A stretch of DNA of 64,000 nucleotides. Origin: the human T2T-CHM13v2.0 reference genome, Homo sapiens. Positions 20,559 through 38,546 of this stretch are shown in pieces. The notes beneath the pieces were generated by a model. That model saw only the letters and a program-made list of their open reading frames with translations. It had not been told where the DNA came from and searched no databases. Both the position numbers and the translations under genes were made by a program. Within the stretch, counting starts at the first letter, position 1. Each line of letters begins with the position of its first letter. The stretch lies in assembly GCF_009914755.1 (NCBI RefSeq), contig NC_060941.1. One strand, given 5' to 3'.

Positions 20559-20650
20559 GAGAATCACACAGCATCCAGACAGAGAATCACACAGCATCCA
20601 GACAGAGAATCACACAGCATCCAGACAGAGAATCACACAGCATCCAGACA
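20559..20650. repeat. Perfect 23-bp minisatellite x4 (GAGAATCACACAGCATCCAGACA)
   Basis: Four identical copies starting at 20559, 20582, 20605 and 20628. Confidence 0.95.
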
Positions 20651-20943
20651 CAGAAACAGGGGCTTTCTTTTCTGGTGTCTCCTTTTTTGTTGTTTTGTTT
20701 TTTTGTTTTTGTTTTTTTTTTTTGAGATGGAGTCTCACTCTATTGCCATGCTGGAGTGCAGTGGCACGATCTCGGCTCACTGAAACCTCCGCCTCCCTGC
20801 TTCAAGCGATCCTTCTGCCTCAGCCTCCCGAGTAGCTGGGACTACAGGTGCTCGCCACCATGCCCAGCTAATTTTTTGTATTTTTAGTAGAGACGGGGAT
20901 TCACCATGTTGGCCAGGATGGTCTTGATCTCTTGACCTCATGA

Positions 20944-21393
<450 letters not shown>

Positions 21394-22601
21394 TAAGTCA
21401 GTCCCTGGCAGGGGGGATGTGTTAGAATCAGGTCCACCTGCTGGCCAGGCAGGGGCCAGCTTCCCCGGCTTGTGGAGTGGGGTGGACACCTGGACAAAGT
21501 TGGGGCCTTGGGAAGGAAGATGTAGCGAAACGGATGCCATGTAGACGGTCTGTGTGTCCTCTATGGCAGGTTATTTTATAATTTTAAAATTTTCATTGAT
21601 ATAAAAACATTTAAAAAATTATGCTTGCTGTGTTTCGAAGCCCTGTTGAGGACTTTGGCAGGAGCCACGTCGATGGGTTCCTCTATGAAAGCTTCTGCTC
21701 CTTGTGGACGATAATCTCAGCCTGCACACAAATAAAAACCATGTCTTGGCCAGGGGTGGTGGCTCACACCTATTATCCTAACACTTTGGGAGGCCAAGGC
21801 AGGTGGATCACTTGAGCCCAGGAGTTCGAGACCAGCCTTGGCAACATGGCAAGACACTGTCTCTACAAAAAATATGAAAAGTAGCCAGGCGTGGTGGCGT
21901 GCGCCTATAGTCTCAGCTACTTGGGGGGCTGAGGGGGGAGGATCATTTGCGCCCAGGAGGTCGCGTCTGCAGTGAGCTGTGATCATGCCACTGCATTCCA
22001 GCCAGGGTGACAAAGCAAGATTCCGTCTCAAAACAAAAACAAAAACCGGAAACCACGTCTTGTTTCTGCTTCAGGATATTGTTCTCTGGGAACGTCAGGA
22101 ACCAAACAGGTCCCACAAGCCCCACACTTCCTTAGCTGTGTATCACTGGGTCACGGGAGGTAGGCTGCTGAACTGGGGCCCCTGTCTTGGCTAATAACAT
22201 CCCTTTTTTCAGCTGTGGTGGTTCAAAATTACGTTTTGTTCTTTGCTGTGAAAAGCGCTAAGCTTTTATCAGACATTATTTGATGTAGACCTAAATATTT
22301 AAAGGCTTGGCCAAGATAAATGAAATGATCTTAAAGGTGACTCACATTCCAGCATTGCAAAGTTGAGGGTTGGAGTGAGTGAGGCCATTGGAGGCAGCTC
22401 AGGTTTACTGAGTCCATATATTTTCTCAGTGTTCCTTTCAGCAGGTTGGAACTGGCTGCAGGAGAAATCACTGATCCCTTTCAGCATGTCGTACAGTCGC
22501 TTAACTGTTTAAAGCAAGTGACACAGAAATTAAGGTGGGGGATCTGATGTCTTCCATCAGAGAATAAGCTTTATCTTATATTGAGATCCAAATTGCCCTA
22601 G

Positions 22602-22887
<286 letters not shown>

Positions 22888-23511
22888 TGATCTGCCCGCC
22901 TCGGCCTCCCAAAGTGCTGGGATTACAGGCATGAGCCACCTTGCCCGGACAGAATAAGTGGATTTAAAGAAAGAAAAGAAAAAGAAAAAAAAACTCTTCT
23001 TATTATTTTCACCAATGATGCACACCTTTTGATTCACTCAGCATTCTAAAATTTTAGCTTAGTCCTTAGATTCTGAAGTTGCAGGTTTTTTTTTTTTTTC
23101 CTTTCCCCTATTATGTCATGCACATGACACTCAGGAGCTATGCTATAAATCACAGAACAATAAACGGATAGAGGAATAAATGGAACATTAAGAATCATCC
23201 AGGTTATTTGTACTTGCTATTTAAAGAATGCATGAGTCAAACCAATTCAACTGCTATACCGGGACCATATGGAAATATTTTGGAGCTGAATGTGTCCGTG
23301 GTTTGCCTGCTCAGTAGGATGTCCCAGGACACACAGGCACCTACCTCTGCTAGGCTTTCACTCGGGGCCTTCCTGTGCTGGAGGCCCCTGGCCATCCCAC
23401 GTGCCTTATGTGCTTGCCACCAATAGGCTTTTCACCGTGACACCAGGATGTACAAATCTTGAAACTGGTGACCTGGAAGGAAGAACGAAAAGCCAAAGAA
23501 CTGTGAGTTCA

Positions 23512-23972
<461 letters not shown>

Positions 23973-24606
23973 CTAGCACAGGGCCTGGGCCTGATACAAC
24001 TGGTAGAAAATAGAGGGAACTGTGTTCGTTCTTCAAGGAAACTGTAACTGAATTCAATAGGGTGCTGAATTTAGGCATCACATGGGGAGGCAGGAACCAT
24101 GAACTGGCTCCTAAGTTCTGAATGATCGGTAGGGGTTAAACACGCAGAACTCTTTGTGCCTCGGTCTCCCTGATATGGAATAATAAACTCAGGTTGCCAG
24201 AATCATAGCGGTTCCTTGCATGCTCCTGGAATTGCTAAGAGGCTGGTTCCCAGAGAAGCCCTCTGTGTGCCCGAGTGTGCCATGTGAGCCAGGTCAAGCT
24301 CTTCTCCAGGTGCACGGGAACCTTGGAACAAGGCCAGCCCTGCCAAGGACAGCAACATCCTTTGTTCTCTGGCTTTCTCAAAGCCCAGAGTCTACAACGT
24401 GATGAGCAAGCCAGCCTTGCCCTTCCCTTGGCATTATTTGCTTTGTGGGCAATGGTGATGGGTGGGTCAGGCAGGAGTGGGCACCCTCGGGGTCCAGGAG
24501 GCTGACTCTGTGGGGTGCAGGCACCTTTTTCACTGCTCTGGGCTTGACGAGGCTGATACCACTGCCGGGAGAGTGAGCAGGGGCGCCTCCCTTCCCTCCA
24601 ACAGGG

Positions 24607-25242
<636 letters not shown>

Positions 25243-25328
25243 TAATCCACCTGCCTCAGCCTCCCAAAGTGCTGGGATTACAGGCGTAAGCCACCACGCC
25301 TGGCCAAGGGGTTTTTTTTCTAACCAGC

Positions 25329-25762
25329 TGTAGAGGGTTGAATGTGGGTCCCCAAAAGATGTGTCCAAGTCCTAACCCCTGGTACCTGTGAAGGCGATTT
25401 CATTTGTAAAACAGTGTCTTTGCAGATGTCAGTAAGTTAAGGAACTTGAGATGAGATCATCGTGGATTTAGGGTCTACGATGATCTCATTTTGGTGGCTT
25501 TATAAGAGAAAGGAGAGAGATTTGAGACACACAAGGGAGAAGGTGGAAGTGGAGACTAGCGAGAGGTGGCCGCAAGCCAAGGAACACCCAGGGCAACCAG
25601 CAGCCGGAAGAAGCCAGAACAGACCTTCCCAGAGCTGCAGGAGGGAGCACAGCTCTGCCGACACTTTGATTTCACCTCCAGAGCTTACGGCCTCCAGAAC
25701 AGTGAGAGAATGAGTTTCTGTTGCCCTCAGCCACCAGTTCGTGGTAATTTCTTGGAACAGTG
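25329..25762 (+). mobile_element. MLT1 (C/D-like) MaLR LTR, sense to SEC14L1
   Basis: cccaaaagatgtgtccaagtcctaacccctggtacctgtga...gtctttgcagatgt...ctccagaacagtgagagaatgagtttctgttg. Confidence 0.82.
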
Positions 25763-26089
25763 CGTCAACCATGGGTGCTTCCTGAGCCTTGTGTGGTGAA
25801 AAGTTCAGAGCCGTACCTTGTATACCCGGGGGTATGGAGGAAGGTCACACAGGCTCTTGGTTTTGCGTCAGCGTGGTTGTTCCTTCCTGGGGCACACCAG
25901 TTCTCCCCGCTAATGTCTAGTAGGCAGCTGGGGGTCACCTCTTAGCACCAGCACGGCGCCTGACCAGAGGCCACAGGGGTGGGCGGGGGTGCAGAGCTGG
26001 CAGATGCAGTGCCTTTTAGGACAAGTTATGCATTCACACTTGAGCATTTTATTTTATTTTATTTTATTATGTTTTTTTTTTTTTTCTGA

Positions 26090-26197
<108 letters not shown>

Positions 26198-27916
26198 TAG
26201 CTGGGATTACAGGCACATGCCACCAGGCCTGGCTAATTTTTGTATTTTTAGTAGAGATGGGGTTTCATTGGCCAGGCTGGTCTTGAACTCATGACCTCAG
26301 GTGATCCACCTGCCTCGGCCTCCCAAAGTGCTGGGATTACAGATGTGATTCACCGCGCCTGGCCACGCTTGGGCATTTTAAAGTAGAGTGAGCTTTCTGA
26401 ACGTGAAGGGGTGATAGAGACTGTTGTGCCCAACTAAGCCAGATGACCATCTCCCCATGCACCCCTAGCCCCTTGGAGTCCATTTAGCTTATGTAGCTCA
26501 TAATTATAGACAATGGTTTGCCAAGAAATTCCTTTGTATTTTTTTCAGCCTGTCTGTGCCAAGAGCCGTACAAATGAGCATTGGTCTTTTAATCATATTT
26601 TCATGTTGGTCTTTTGAACAATTTTCATATTGTTTTTCTGTTGGGGGAAATTTAAGATGGGGAAGGATTTATCTAAATATAGACGATGTTGCTGGCAACC
26701 AACTAGAGCGGTAGGCGGGACGATAATAATAATCTATGTGTACAGAACATTCCGGAGGCAAAGCTGTAGGATGCCTGGCGGTGGGAAGCATTTACATAGA
26801 GCCTAACCATTTACAAAATGTTTTCATCAACATTTTCTTATCCAAGCTTAACAACCCAGTGAGATTTTCTGACACCAAATTCCATCAGCATCCAATTAGT
26901 ATTTTTGTTTTTTTTTCCTTTGGAGGAGGAAAACCCTAAAAGCTGCTTTAGGCTACTGAGGTGGCTCAATCAGACCCACAGGTCCTGCCAACGTGGGGAA
27001 GGGTGAGAGATGGAATTTTCACTGCAGTGTGAAGTGAGCACATGTGTGATTCTCAGCTGGAGGTCACACTGTGTATATAGAACCTTCCCGGGCAGGGCTG
27101 TAGGGTGCCTGGTTATGGGATGCATCCCAAATAAGGTATTGAACTGAAACCCTCTGAGTTTGAATCTCCTGGTGAAACAGGAGATTTGGGGGTCTGAATG
27201 ATCTTCTCTTTCACCCACATCAAGGAGGACGTGGGAGAGCTCTGGCCTCTGATGACCCCTGTGTGTCTTCAGTTCTGCCCGCAGAGCTGAAGGTGGAGGA
27301 GGGTTTTCTTTTCCATGGTTAGCCTTGAGACTATTGCTTTAACTAAATGGATTGAGGCTGCTTGACTGTTTATTCTTCACCCAGTCGCGCCTTGTGATGT
27401 GGCCTCTGGTCTATACCCTGTTAGCGCGACATTCCTTCCTGGGGGTTAATTAAAAGCAGCAAGTCGAGCCTCCCTCCAGCTGTTTATGACCCGCAGCTGC
27501 ACAGCCAGGGGATTCATTGCTGGACTTGCCAACCTAAGTCCTGATCCAGCAAAGGAAAGGGAGTGCCAAGCAGCTGCATCAGTCGGTGAAGTGAGGACTA
27601 TATTTTGTGAAACAAACAAGCCAAAAAGAAATATGATTGGGTAGGCTATTTTTATTTCTCTGAGTGGGAAGCTGAAAGGCTTGGTGGCGCTCCTTTGTCA
27701 CCCTAAATCTCATCAGATGCAGGCTGTGCTTTCTGCTACAGAAACTCACCACCTAAGCCAGGCCGCTTCCCTGGACTTGATGTCCTCGCCTGGTGACATG
27801 AGGTACAGTGCTGTCTAAAGGTGCCAGTGTGGGGTGGAGGGGTGGTGAAAGCATCAGCCCCAAGGATGCTTCAGCTCAGTCCATGTGGTGGGGGGATGTG
27901 TTTTTTATTTATTTAA

Positions 27917-28222
<306 letters not shown>

Positions 28223-28880
28223 TGAGCCCAGCCTATTTATTTATTTTTGAGACAGGTTCTCGTTCTGTCACCCAGGCTGAAGTACAGTAGCATGATCACG
28301 GCTCACTGCAACCTCCCTCTCCCGGGGTCAAGTGAGCCTCCCAAGCAGCTGGGAATGCAGGCACATGCCATCATGCCCAGCTAATTTTTGTATTTTTGTA
28401 AAGACAGGGTCTTGCCATGTTGTCCAAGCTGGTCTTGAATTCCTGGGCTCAAGGGATCCGCCCGCCTCGACTTCCCAAAGTGCTGGGTTTACAGACTGCC
28501 TAGCCTGAGATGTGTGAAATGCACTCAGAATAAAGGCCTCATCAAAAGTTCATTTAGTTCAACCCAACAGATATTTAATAGGGTTCTAGAAAATGCCAGG
28601 TGCTATTAAAATAGGAGAAAATTAGTGACGATGGTACCCAAGCAACTTACAGTTCAACAGAAGACACAGATCCCATTCTTCTACGGACAGTCTAGTTTTA
28701 GCCAACATGCCTTATGATGGAATTGTGAAGTGCATGGGCCAATGGAAAGAGGCATCAGAAAAGCCTTCAGGGAGGAGCTACATTGGGCCGTTGTGGAACC
28801 GAATAGGCTGTGTTTCAACTGCTAGGTGTCTGTCCTATAGAGCAGGCTGGCACCTTGTAGGAAAATCTGCTTTTTTGTAG

Positions 28881-29181
<301 letters not shown>

Positions 29182-31112
29182 TAGTGGGTCTTTCTATACC
29201 CCAGTGCTCACTGTGTTCAGAGTAAATTAAGGTGCTCAATAAATGTTTGTTGAATCCACAAAGGAATGAGTAAATAAATGAATAGAGTGGAGATGAATAT
29301 AAAATCATTCTGGACAAATGAAGTTGGGGACGAGATTTACAGATGATCTTGAATGGTAGGCTTTGAAGTTTAAATTTAATTCTGTAGTCAATGTACTTTT
29401 TGCACAAGGGAGTGAGTCTGTATTTTTGGGAGAGAATTCTGCTAGTAGTACGAAGGGTGTCCTGAAAGAAGGAAGACTCTTAGGTAGATAAACCAACTAG
29501 TCATAGGGAGTTTGCCTCTCCAGATTGAAATGAAATATTTTGGAAATATTGAAGGTTGGATGATAACTTTTGCAGATCCAGCTTCTTGGCCCGAAGTTTT
29601 CCCAGGTCGGGAATGATGCACTGTGTTAGCTCAAGGCCACTGGATTATTGCCAGGGCTCAATTAGGAAATCGTGCCTGTAGGGTAACCTACATTTTCTGT
29701 ACTTTTCCAGGCTGGAAACTTTGCCAGATGGCCCATGTCAGGAGTATCAGTCATGCCTTGCAAGGCTGTCTTTAACTCTTTTACCACCAAATGCCAAAGT
29801 GGTCTCTTCCTTTATTAGGCCTTTATTCTGCATGGAATTTTTTTTTTTTTTTTTTTGAGCCGGAGTCTGGCTCTGTCACCCAGGCTAGAGTGCAGTGGCA
29901 CGATCTCACTGCACCCTCCAACTCCTGGGTTCAAGCGATTGTCCTGCCTCAGCCTCCCAAGTAGCTGCGATTACAGGCATGCACCACCACACCCAGCTAA
30001 TTTTTACATTTTTAGTGGAGACGGGGTTTCACCATGTTTTGGCCAGGCTGGTCTCAAACTCCTGACCTCAGGTGATCCACCCGCCTCTGCCTCCCAAAGT
30101 GCTGGGATGACAGGCGTGAGCCACTGCGCCTGGGCAAGTCTGCGTGCATTAAACACAACCCCCCAGCATGGGCTCTGACATGTCTCTGTAACTGACTGAA
30201 GTGAAGCACAAATGCCAGGGCGTATAAGGCCACCAGAAAATACGAAGTAAGTGCCCCTGGGTCTCTTGGCACAGCCTAGATAATTAGCTGGCCCTGACTC
30301 TCAGCATTGTTTAAAGGCATTATTGAGCATTATCTCTTGTTTCTTTTGCTATGGTAGTGAAGGGGTTGGGCTCTGGAGGCTGAAATTTTAGTTTAAGATT
30401 GTCACTTGCCTTCCACTGTCTTTCTTGGAGTGACACTCCCCTAAACTATACCCCAATCCTCCTTTTTTTTTTTCTTTTTTCTTTTTTTTTGAGACAGAGT
30501 CTCACTCTCTCGCCCAGGCTGGAGTGCAGTGGTGCAATCATGACTCACTGCAGCCTCAAACTCCTGAGCCCAAGTGATTCTCCCACTTGAGGATCAGCCT
30601 CCCGAGTAGCTGGGACCACAGGTGAGTGCCACTACCCCCAGCTAATTTTTATTTTTACTTTTTGTAGAGACAAGGTCTCACTATGTTCTCCAGGCTGTTC
30701 TGGAACTCCTGGGCTCAAGTGATCCTCCTGCCTCACCCTCCCAAAGTGTTGAGATTACAGGCATGAGCCACTGCACCTGGCTGCGGTCCTCTTATGCCAC
30801 AGGTTCCCATGCTGCTTTTGTTATGGTAGAGAAGAGGTTGAGCTCTGGAGGCCGAAATTTCAGTGACTCCTGATATTTTGCTAAGAGCAATGGAGAAGAT
30901 ATGGCCTGAGGACCCAGCAACGGCCCCCCTACCTCAGGTTAATCCTGCCGGGGGCGGGAATGTGTCCTGCCACGATGCTTCTGCCCACCTGTCGGTGCCT
31001 ATGCAGGTGTGACCAGGCTGCTGACACTGCGTCCTGAGGTCAGCTCGAGGCGGCCAAGTGGAACGGCAGCTTCAGACTCAGGCTCCTAATGGGGGCTTGT
31101 CTGAGCAACTCA

Positions 31113-31589
<477 letters not shown>

Positions 31590-32932
31590 TCACGGTGTTT
31601 CAGAATGCCCACTCTCGTAATTCGACTTTAAAGGGATCCTGTCTGAGGAAAACAGGAGGAGTGCTGCAAGACAAGGGCAGCAGCCTTCTCTTTCTCTGCT
31701 GCAGCGCTGCGGTCCCACCAACCTGCCTTCACTGTTTGTTACCTGATGTCACTTACCCTGCCCGGTGTTGACTCCACCCTGTTCAGCCTGTGGATGACTA
31801 TTAGCCCAGAGAACAGAGAAAGGAACAGTGCCACTTGAACACAACATGCAACACACACACACTTTTTTTTTTTTTTTGGAGACATGGTCTCTCTCTGGCA
31901 CCGAGGCTGTAGTGCAGTGCTGCAATCATGGCTCACTGCAGCCTCAACCTCCTGGGTTCAAGTGATCCTACTGGCTCAGCCTCCCAAGTAGCTGGAACTA
32001 TAGATGCGAGCCACCATGACCAGCTAAATTTTAAATTTTTTGTTGAGGCCGGGTGCGGTGGCTCATGCCTGTAATCCCAGCCCTTTGGGAGGTGGAGGTG
32101 GGTGATCACTTGAGGTCAGGAGTTCTAGACCACCCTGGCCAACATGGTGAAACCCCATCTCTACTTAAAACAAACAAACAAAAAATACAAAAATTAGGCA
32201 GGTGTGGTGGCGCATGCCTGTAATCCCAGCTACTTGAGAAGCTGGGCAGGAGAATCGCTTGAACCCAGGAGGCGGATGTTGCAGTAAGCCGAGATTGTGC
32301 CACTGCACGCTAGCCTGGGTGACCGAGCAAAACTCTGTCTCAAAAATAAATTAAATAAATAAAATAAAATACTTTTTTTGTTGTTGTTGAGACAGGGTCT
32401 CACTGTGTTTCCCAGGTTGGTCTTGAACTCCTGAGCTCAAATAATCCTCCCACTTCAGCCTTGTAAAGTGCTGGGATGACAGGCGGTAGCCACCGTGTCC
32501 AGCTGCAAACAATTCTTATGTTCTGTTTTTGTTTTTTGTAAAAAGATTGTGTCCTGTCACATTGGCTTGAGTATTTACACTCATTGTCCTGGTTTCCATT
32601 CTCTCCTCAACCCACTGCTGCCTGTCTTCTGTCCCTGAAGCCTGGTGAATTCATGTCTAGCAAGGACACCAGTGGCCCTCTTATTACCGAAGCCCAGGAG
32701 CTATCTTATTTCTCGTTCTGTTACCCATCTTTTGGCTCTATTGACCCCATACCACTTGACACTGTTGGGGAGCAGGGCATCACTTCTCTCTCCTGGTTCT
32801 CCTTCCACCTCTCTGCTTATCAGCATCCTTCCCTGGTTCTTGTTCACATCCTGACTCTTAATAGTTGGAGTTCTTTAGAATTCTGCTCTTGGTTTTCTTT
32901 GCATCTGAGTGATACCATACTCCCACCAGTAA

Positions 32933-33319
<387 letters not shown>

Positions 33320-33785
33320 TAAAAATTGTTTGTAGAGATAGGGGTCTTGCTATGTTGTCCAGGCTGGTCTGGAACTCCTGGGCTCAAGCAATCCTTCCAA
33401 CTTGGCTTCCCAAAGATTGCAGGCATAAGCTATGTATCTGGCGCCTCTCTCTCTCTCTTTCCTTCTTTCCTTCCTTCCTTCTCTTTCTTTTCTATTTTTT
33501 TGAAACAGAGTTTCGCTCTGTCACCCAGGCTGGAGTGCAGTGGCACTATCTTGGCTCACTGCAAGCTCCGTCTCCCGGGTTCATGCCATTCTCCTGCCTC
33601 AGCCTCCTGAGTAGCTGGGACTATAGGCACCAGCCACCACGCCCGGCTAATTTTTTTTTTTGTATTTTTAGTAGAGACGGGTTTCATGTGTTAGCCAGGA
33701 TGGTTTCGATCTCCTGACCTTGTGACCTGCCCGCCTCGGCCTCCCAAAGTGTTGAGATTACAGGCGTGAGCCACTGCGCCTGGCC

Positions 33786-34006
33786 CCTTCTCTTTCTTTC
33801 TTTCTCTTTTGCTTTCTTTCTTTTTCTTTTCTTTCTTTTCTCTTTCCTTCCTTCCTCTTTCCTTTCTTTCTTTCTCTCTTTTTCTCTCTCTCTTCCTTTC
33901 TTTCTCTCATCCTCACCCTGCCCTGCCCTCCCTCTCCCCTTCCCTCCCTTCCTTCCTTTCTCTTTCTTTTTTCTTTCTTTCTCTTTCCTTCCTCCTTCTT
34001 TCTTTT
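33786..34006. repeat. Polypyrimidine (CT-rich) low-complexity tract
   Basis: About 220 nt almost exclusively C/T. Confidence 0.9.
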
Positions 34007-34409
34007 GAAATTTTTCAAACACACATTACCACTACATTTTAATAGTTTGATTGTATCCTTGATGAGAGAGATTGTTAGTCGCCACCAATATTATACATCC
34101 TTTGCTTCTTTCTTAGCAACAGAACTCACCGTTTGTAGCTGGGTGTGTGGTCACTTGGCACAGGCTACATTTCCCAGCCTTCTTTGCTCTTGGGTGTGCC
34201 CATGTGATTAAGTTCTGGCCAATGGGAAGTATGTATGTTTGCTTATGGGTGTGCACGCATGTGTGTGCACGTGTTTGTACATGCATATCATTTCCAAGGA
34301 AGCGTCGTTCGGGGAGCAGGTTTGCTCTTCTTCACCCTTTCCTCCGACTTGCTGGCTGGAGGGGGAAGACACACTGTGGTAATGGCAAAGTAGCAACACA
34401 GAAGGGGCC

Positions 34410-35201
<792 letters not shown>

Positions 35202-35447
35202 GGGCCTACATTCCTGATCATGAGGAATAAGACCACCTGCATCCACACAGCTTAGCCATCAGGACTGAGACCTAAGATCTCTGTGTCAACATGACTTACT
35301 ATTTGATCCAGGAGATTCTTGTTCAGGAATATTAGACTGTAAACCAATACGCGCTTTCACTGTTTGCCTCAACAAATTCCTGAAAAAGCATTTATTGTAA
35401 CAAAAGATTGCTTATCTTTACATATAACCCCCTTCTCTGGATAACAG

Positions 35448-35946
35448 TATAACCACCCAAGGGGTTCACCTTCCCTGCTGCCTAGAGAGAGCTGATTCAT
35501 CAGGACAGGAGGATTGCAATAGAGTCATTCACACAGAGCTGGCTGTGCAGGAGATTGGAGTTTTATTATTACTCAAATCAGTCTCCCTGAACATTCAGGG
35601 AGCAGAGTTTTTAAAGACAACTTGGTGGGTCGGGGGAGGCCAGTGAGCCAGGAGTGCTGATTGGTCAGGGAGGAAATCATAGGGAGTCGGAGCTGTCTTC
35701 TTGTGCTGAGTCAGTTCCTGGGCGGGGGCCACAAGATCAGATGAGCCTGTTTGTTGATCTGGGTGGTGCCAGCTGAGCCATCAAGGGGAGGATCTGCAAA
35801 ATGTCTCAAGCACTGATCTTAGGAGCAGTTTAGGGAGGGTCAGAATCTTGTAGCCTCCAGCTGCATGACTCCTAAACCATAATTTCTAATTTGTGGCTAA
35901 TGTTAGTCCTACAAAGGCAATCTAGTCCCCAGGCAAGTAGGAGGTT
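35448..35946 (-). mobile_element. LTR8-like ERV1 LTR (truncated at an Alu)
   Basis: gggttcaccttccctgctgcctaga...gagttttattattactcaaatcagtctccc...ctcctaaaccataatttctaat. AP-1 site TGAGTCA at 35707-35713. Confidence 0.78.
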
Positions 35947-36703
35947 GGTGGGCAGGGTGCTGTGGTTCACTCCTGTAATACCACCACTCTGGGAGGCTGA
36001 GGCAGGCAGATCACAAGGTCAGGAGTTTGAGACCGGCCTGACCAACATGGTGAAAGCCCGTCTCTACTAAAAATAAAAAAATTAGCTGGGCACTCGCCTG
36101 TAATCCCAGCTACTCGGGAGGCTGAGGCAGGAGGGCAGGAGAATCACTTGAACCCAGGAGGTGGAGGTTGCAGTGAGCCAAGATCGTGCCACTGCACTCC
36201 AGCCTGGGCAACAGAGTAAGACTCCATCTCAAAACAAACAAACAAACAAAAAAACAAAAAAAACCTAAGGAAAAAAATAGCAAAAAGTAGCCAGGCGTGG
36301 TGGCACATGCCTGTAGTCACAGCTACTCAGAAGGCTGAGGTGGGAGGTTCACTTGAGGCCAGGTGATGATGCTGCAGACGGCTATGATTATGCCACTGCC
36401 CTCAAGCCTGGGGAACAGAGTGAGACTGTTTCAAGAAAAAAAAAATGGAAATAAAGTTTTTTGTGATTGGTTGATGTCTCAAGTCTGTTTTTTCTTCAAA
36501 ATGTTTAACTGAAGTATAATATACATATAAAAGCTTGCAAATCATAAATGAATGTATGGCTCAACAAATTTCCCAATCTCTTTTAATCTATAGATTGACC
36601 ATTCCCCTCTTTTTTTCCTTTGGAATTTGATAAAGAATATATTTGTCTTGTACCGTTTCCCACAGTCTGTACTTTGCCAATTGTTTTTCATGGTGTCATT
36701 TAG

Positions 36704-37030
<327 letters not shown>

Positions 37031-37033
37031 TAG

Positions 37034-37333
<300 letters not shown>

Positions 37334-38546
37334 TGACCTCGTGATCCGCCCACCTCGGCCTCCCAAAGTGCTGAGATTACAGGCGTGAGCCACCGCGCCC
37401 GGCCGGTGGATGTGATTTCTACAAACAAGCAAAAGCCAGTCAGACTGAATGTAGTGAATAATGTAGGTGACCCAGCTGGAAGATGATGGTTTGACGTGGA
37501 ACACAAGGGGTGATGAGGCCATGAATGATTTGCTTGTGTGTCTGGTAAACTGGCTTTGATGGAAATTCCTAAACAGGTCCAGAAACGTTCTGTCCAATGG
37601 CAGCATGAAATGTACAGCCACTCAGGGTGACTAATGTGAACGGAACAACAGTGACTTTGACAGTGAAATTGCATGTTGGTTATAAAACCAGCTTTGCTGT
37701 GTGGGTGGGCATGCGAGGTGCCCCTTTCTAGTCATGAGCTCCTCTTAAGGACCCCAAAATGTCTCAGTGGTACCGGATTGAAAATTGGGGCTGGACGGTG
37801 CTCTCCTGCTGAAATTCGGGAGCTACTTAGCAGCCCCACCTTGGCACCCTCGTTTCCGAGGGGCAGGCCCTGGGCGCGCGTCTCAGTTTCAAGCCCGCGG
37901 CCCGACACTAGAGCCGTCTGGATGTGTTGACAAGGATGCCGCTGGGCTCCACCCGGGCTCACCCGGGCCCTCCCGAGCCCTGGGCCGCGCAGCACCGGCG
38001 TCCGCCTCCTCCCCATTACTCGGCGAGAATGCGGTCGGGGCACTGGCGCGAGCAGCCTGGTGCTCCTGAACAGTCAACAAGAAATGAGGAAGCACGGGGG
38101 CAGCCGCCAGGGCGACCAGAGGCAGGCCTCAGAGCAGCAGCCATACGGGAGGGCCCCGGTGGTTTTGACCTCCCGCAAACTTCCCTTTTCCCGCTCAGCC
38201 GAACCCCTCCCCTGCACGCCGGCAGCCCCTTGGGGCTTCACTCCGCCTCCGCCCGCTACTCGCGAAGCCCAGCCCGGCCCCGCCCCCAACAAGTGACGCA
38301 AAACTGGGAGGGGCCACGAGGACCTCGGGCACATCCAGCAGTGCGACGGGGCCGGCGCCTTCTCCGAGCTCCTCCCACGCTCGCGGGTCGGAGCTCGCGC
38401 CTGCGCAGTTCGGGCCCCGGGTGTCCTCCCCCCTCCCCTTTCTTAGCAACCATCGCCCGCTCCCGCCCCCGCTCCCTCGGCCGCGGCCGCGCACGCGCGC
38501 CCCTCCCGGCGCCCGGCCCCGCCCACCCCGTCACCCGTAACAACCA

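Noticed and set aside
20559-20650. Regular repeats resembling a CRISPR array
   Set aside because: No spacers, and the context is eukaryotic. It is a simple minisatellite.
33684-34042. Lys/Arg/Glu-rich and Phe/Ser/Leu-rich ORFs
   Set aside because: Translation of the CT-rich low-complexity tract.
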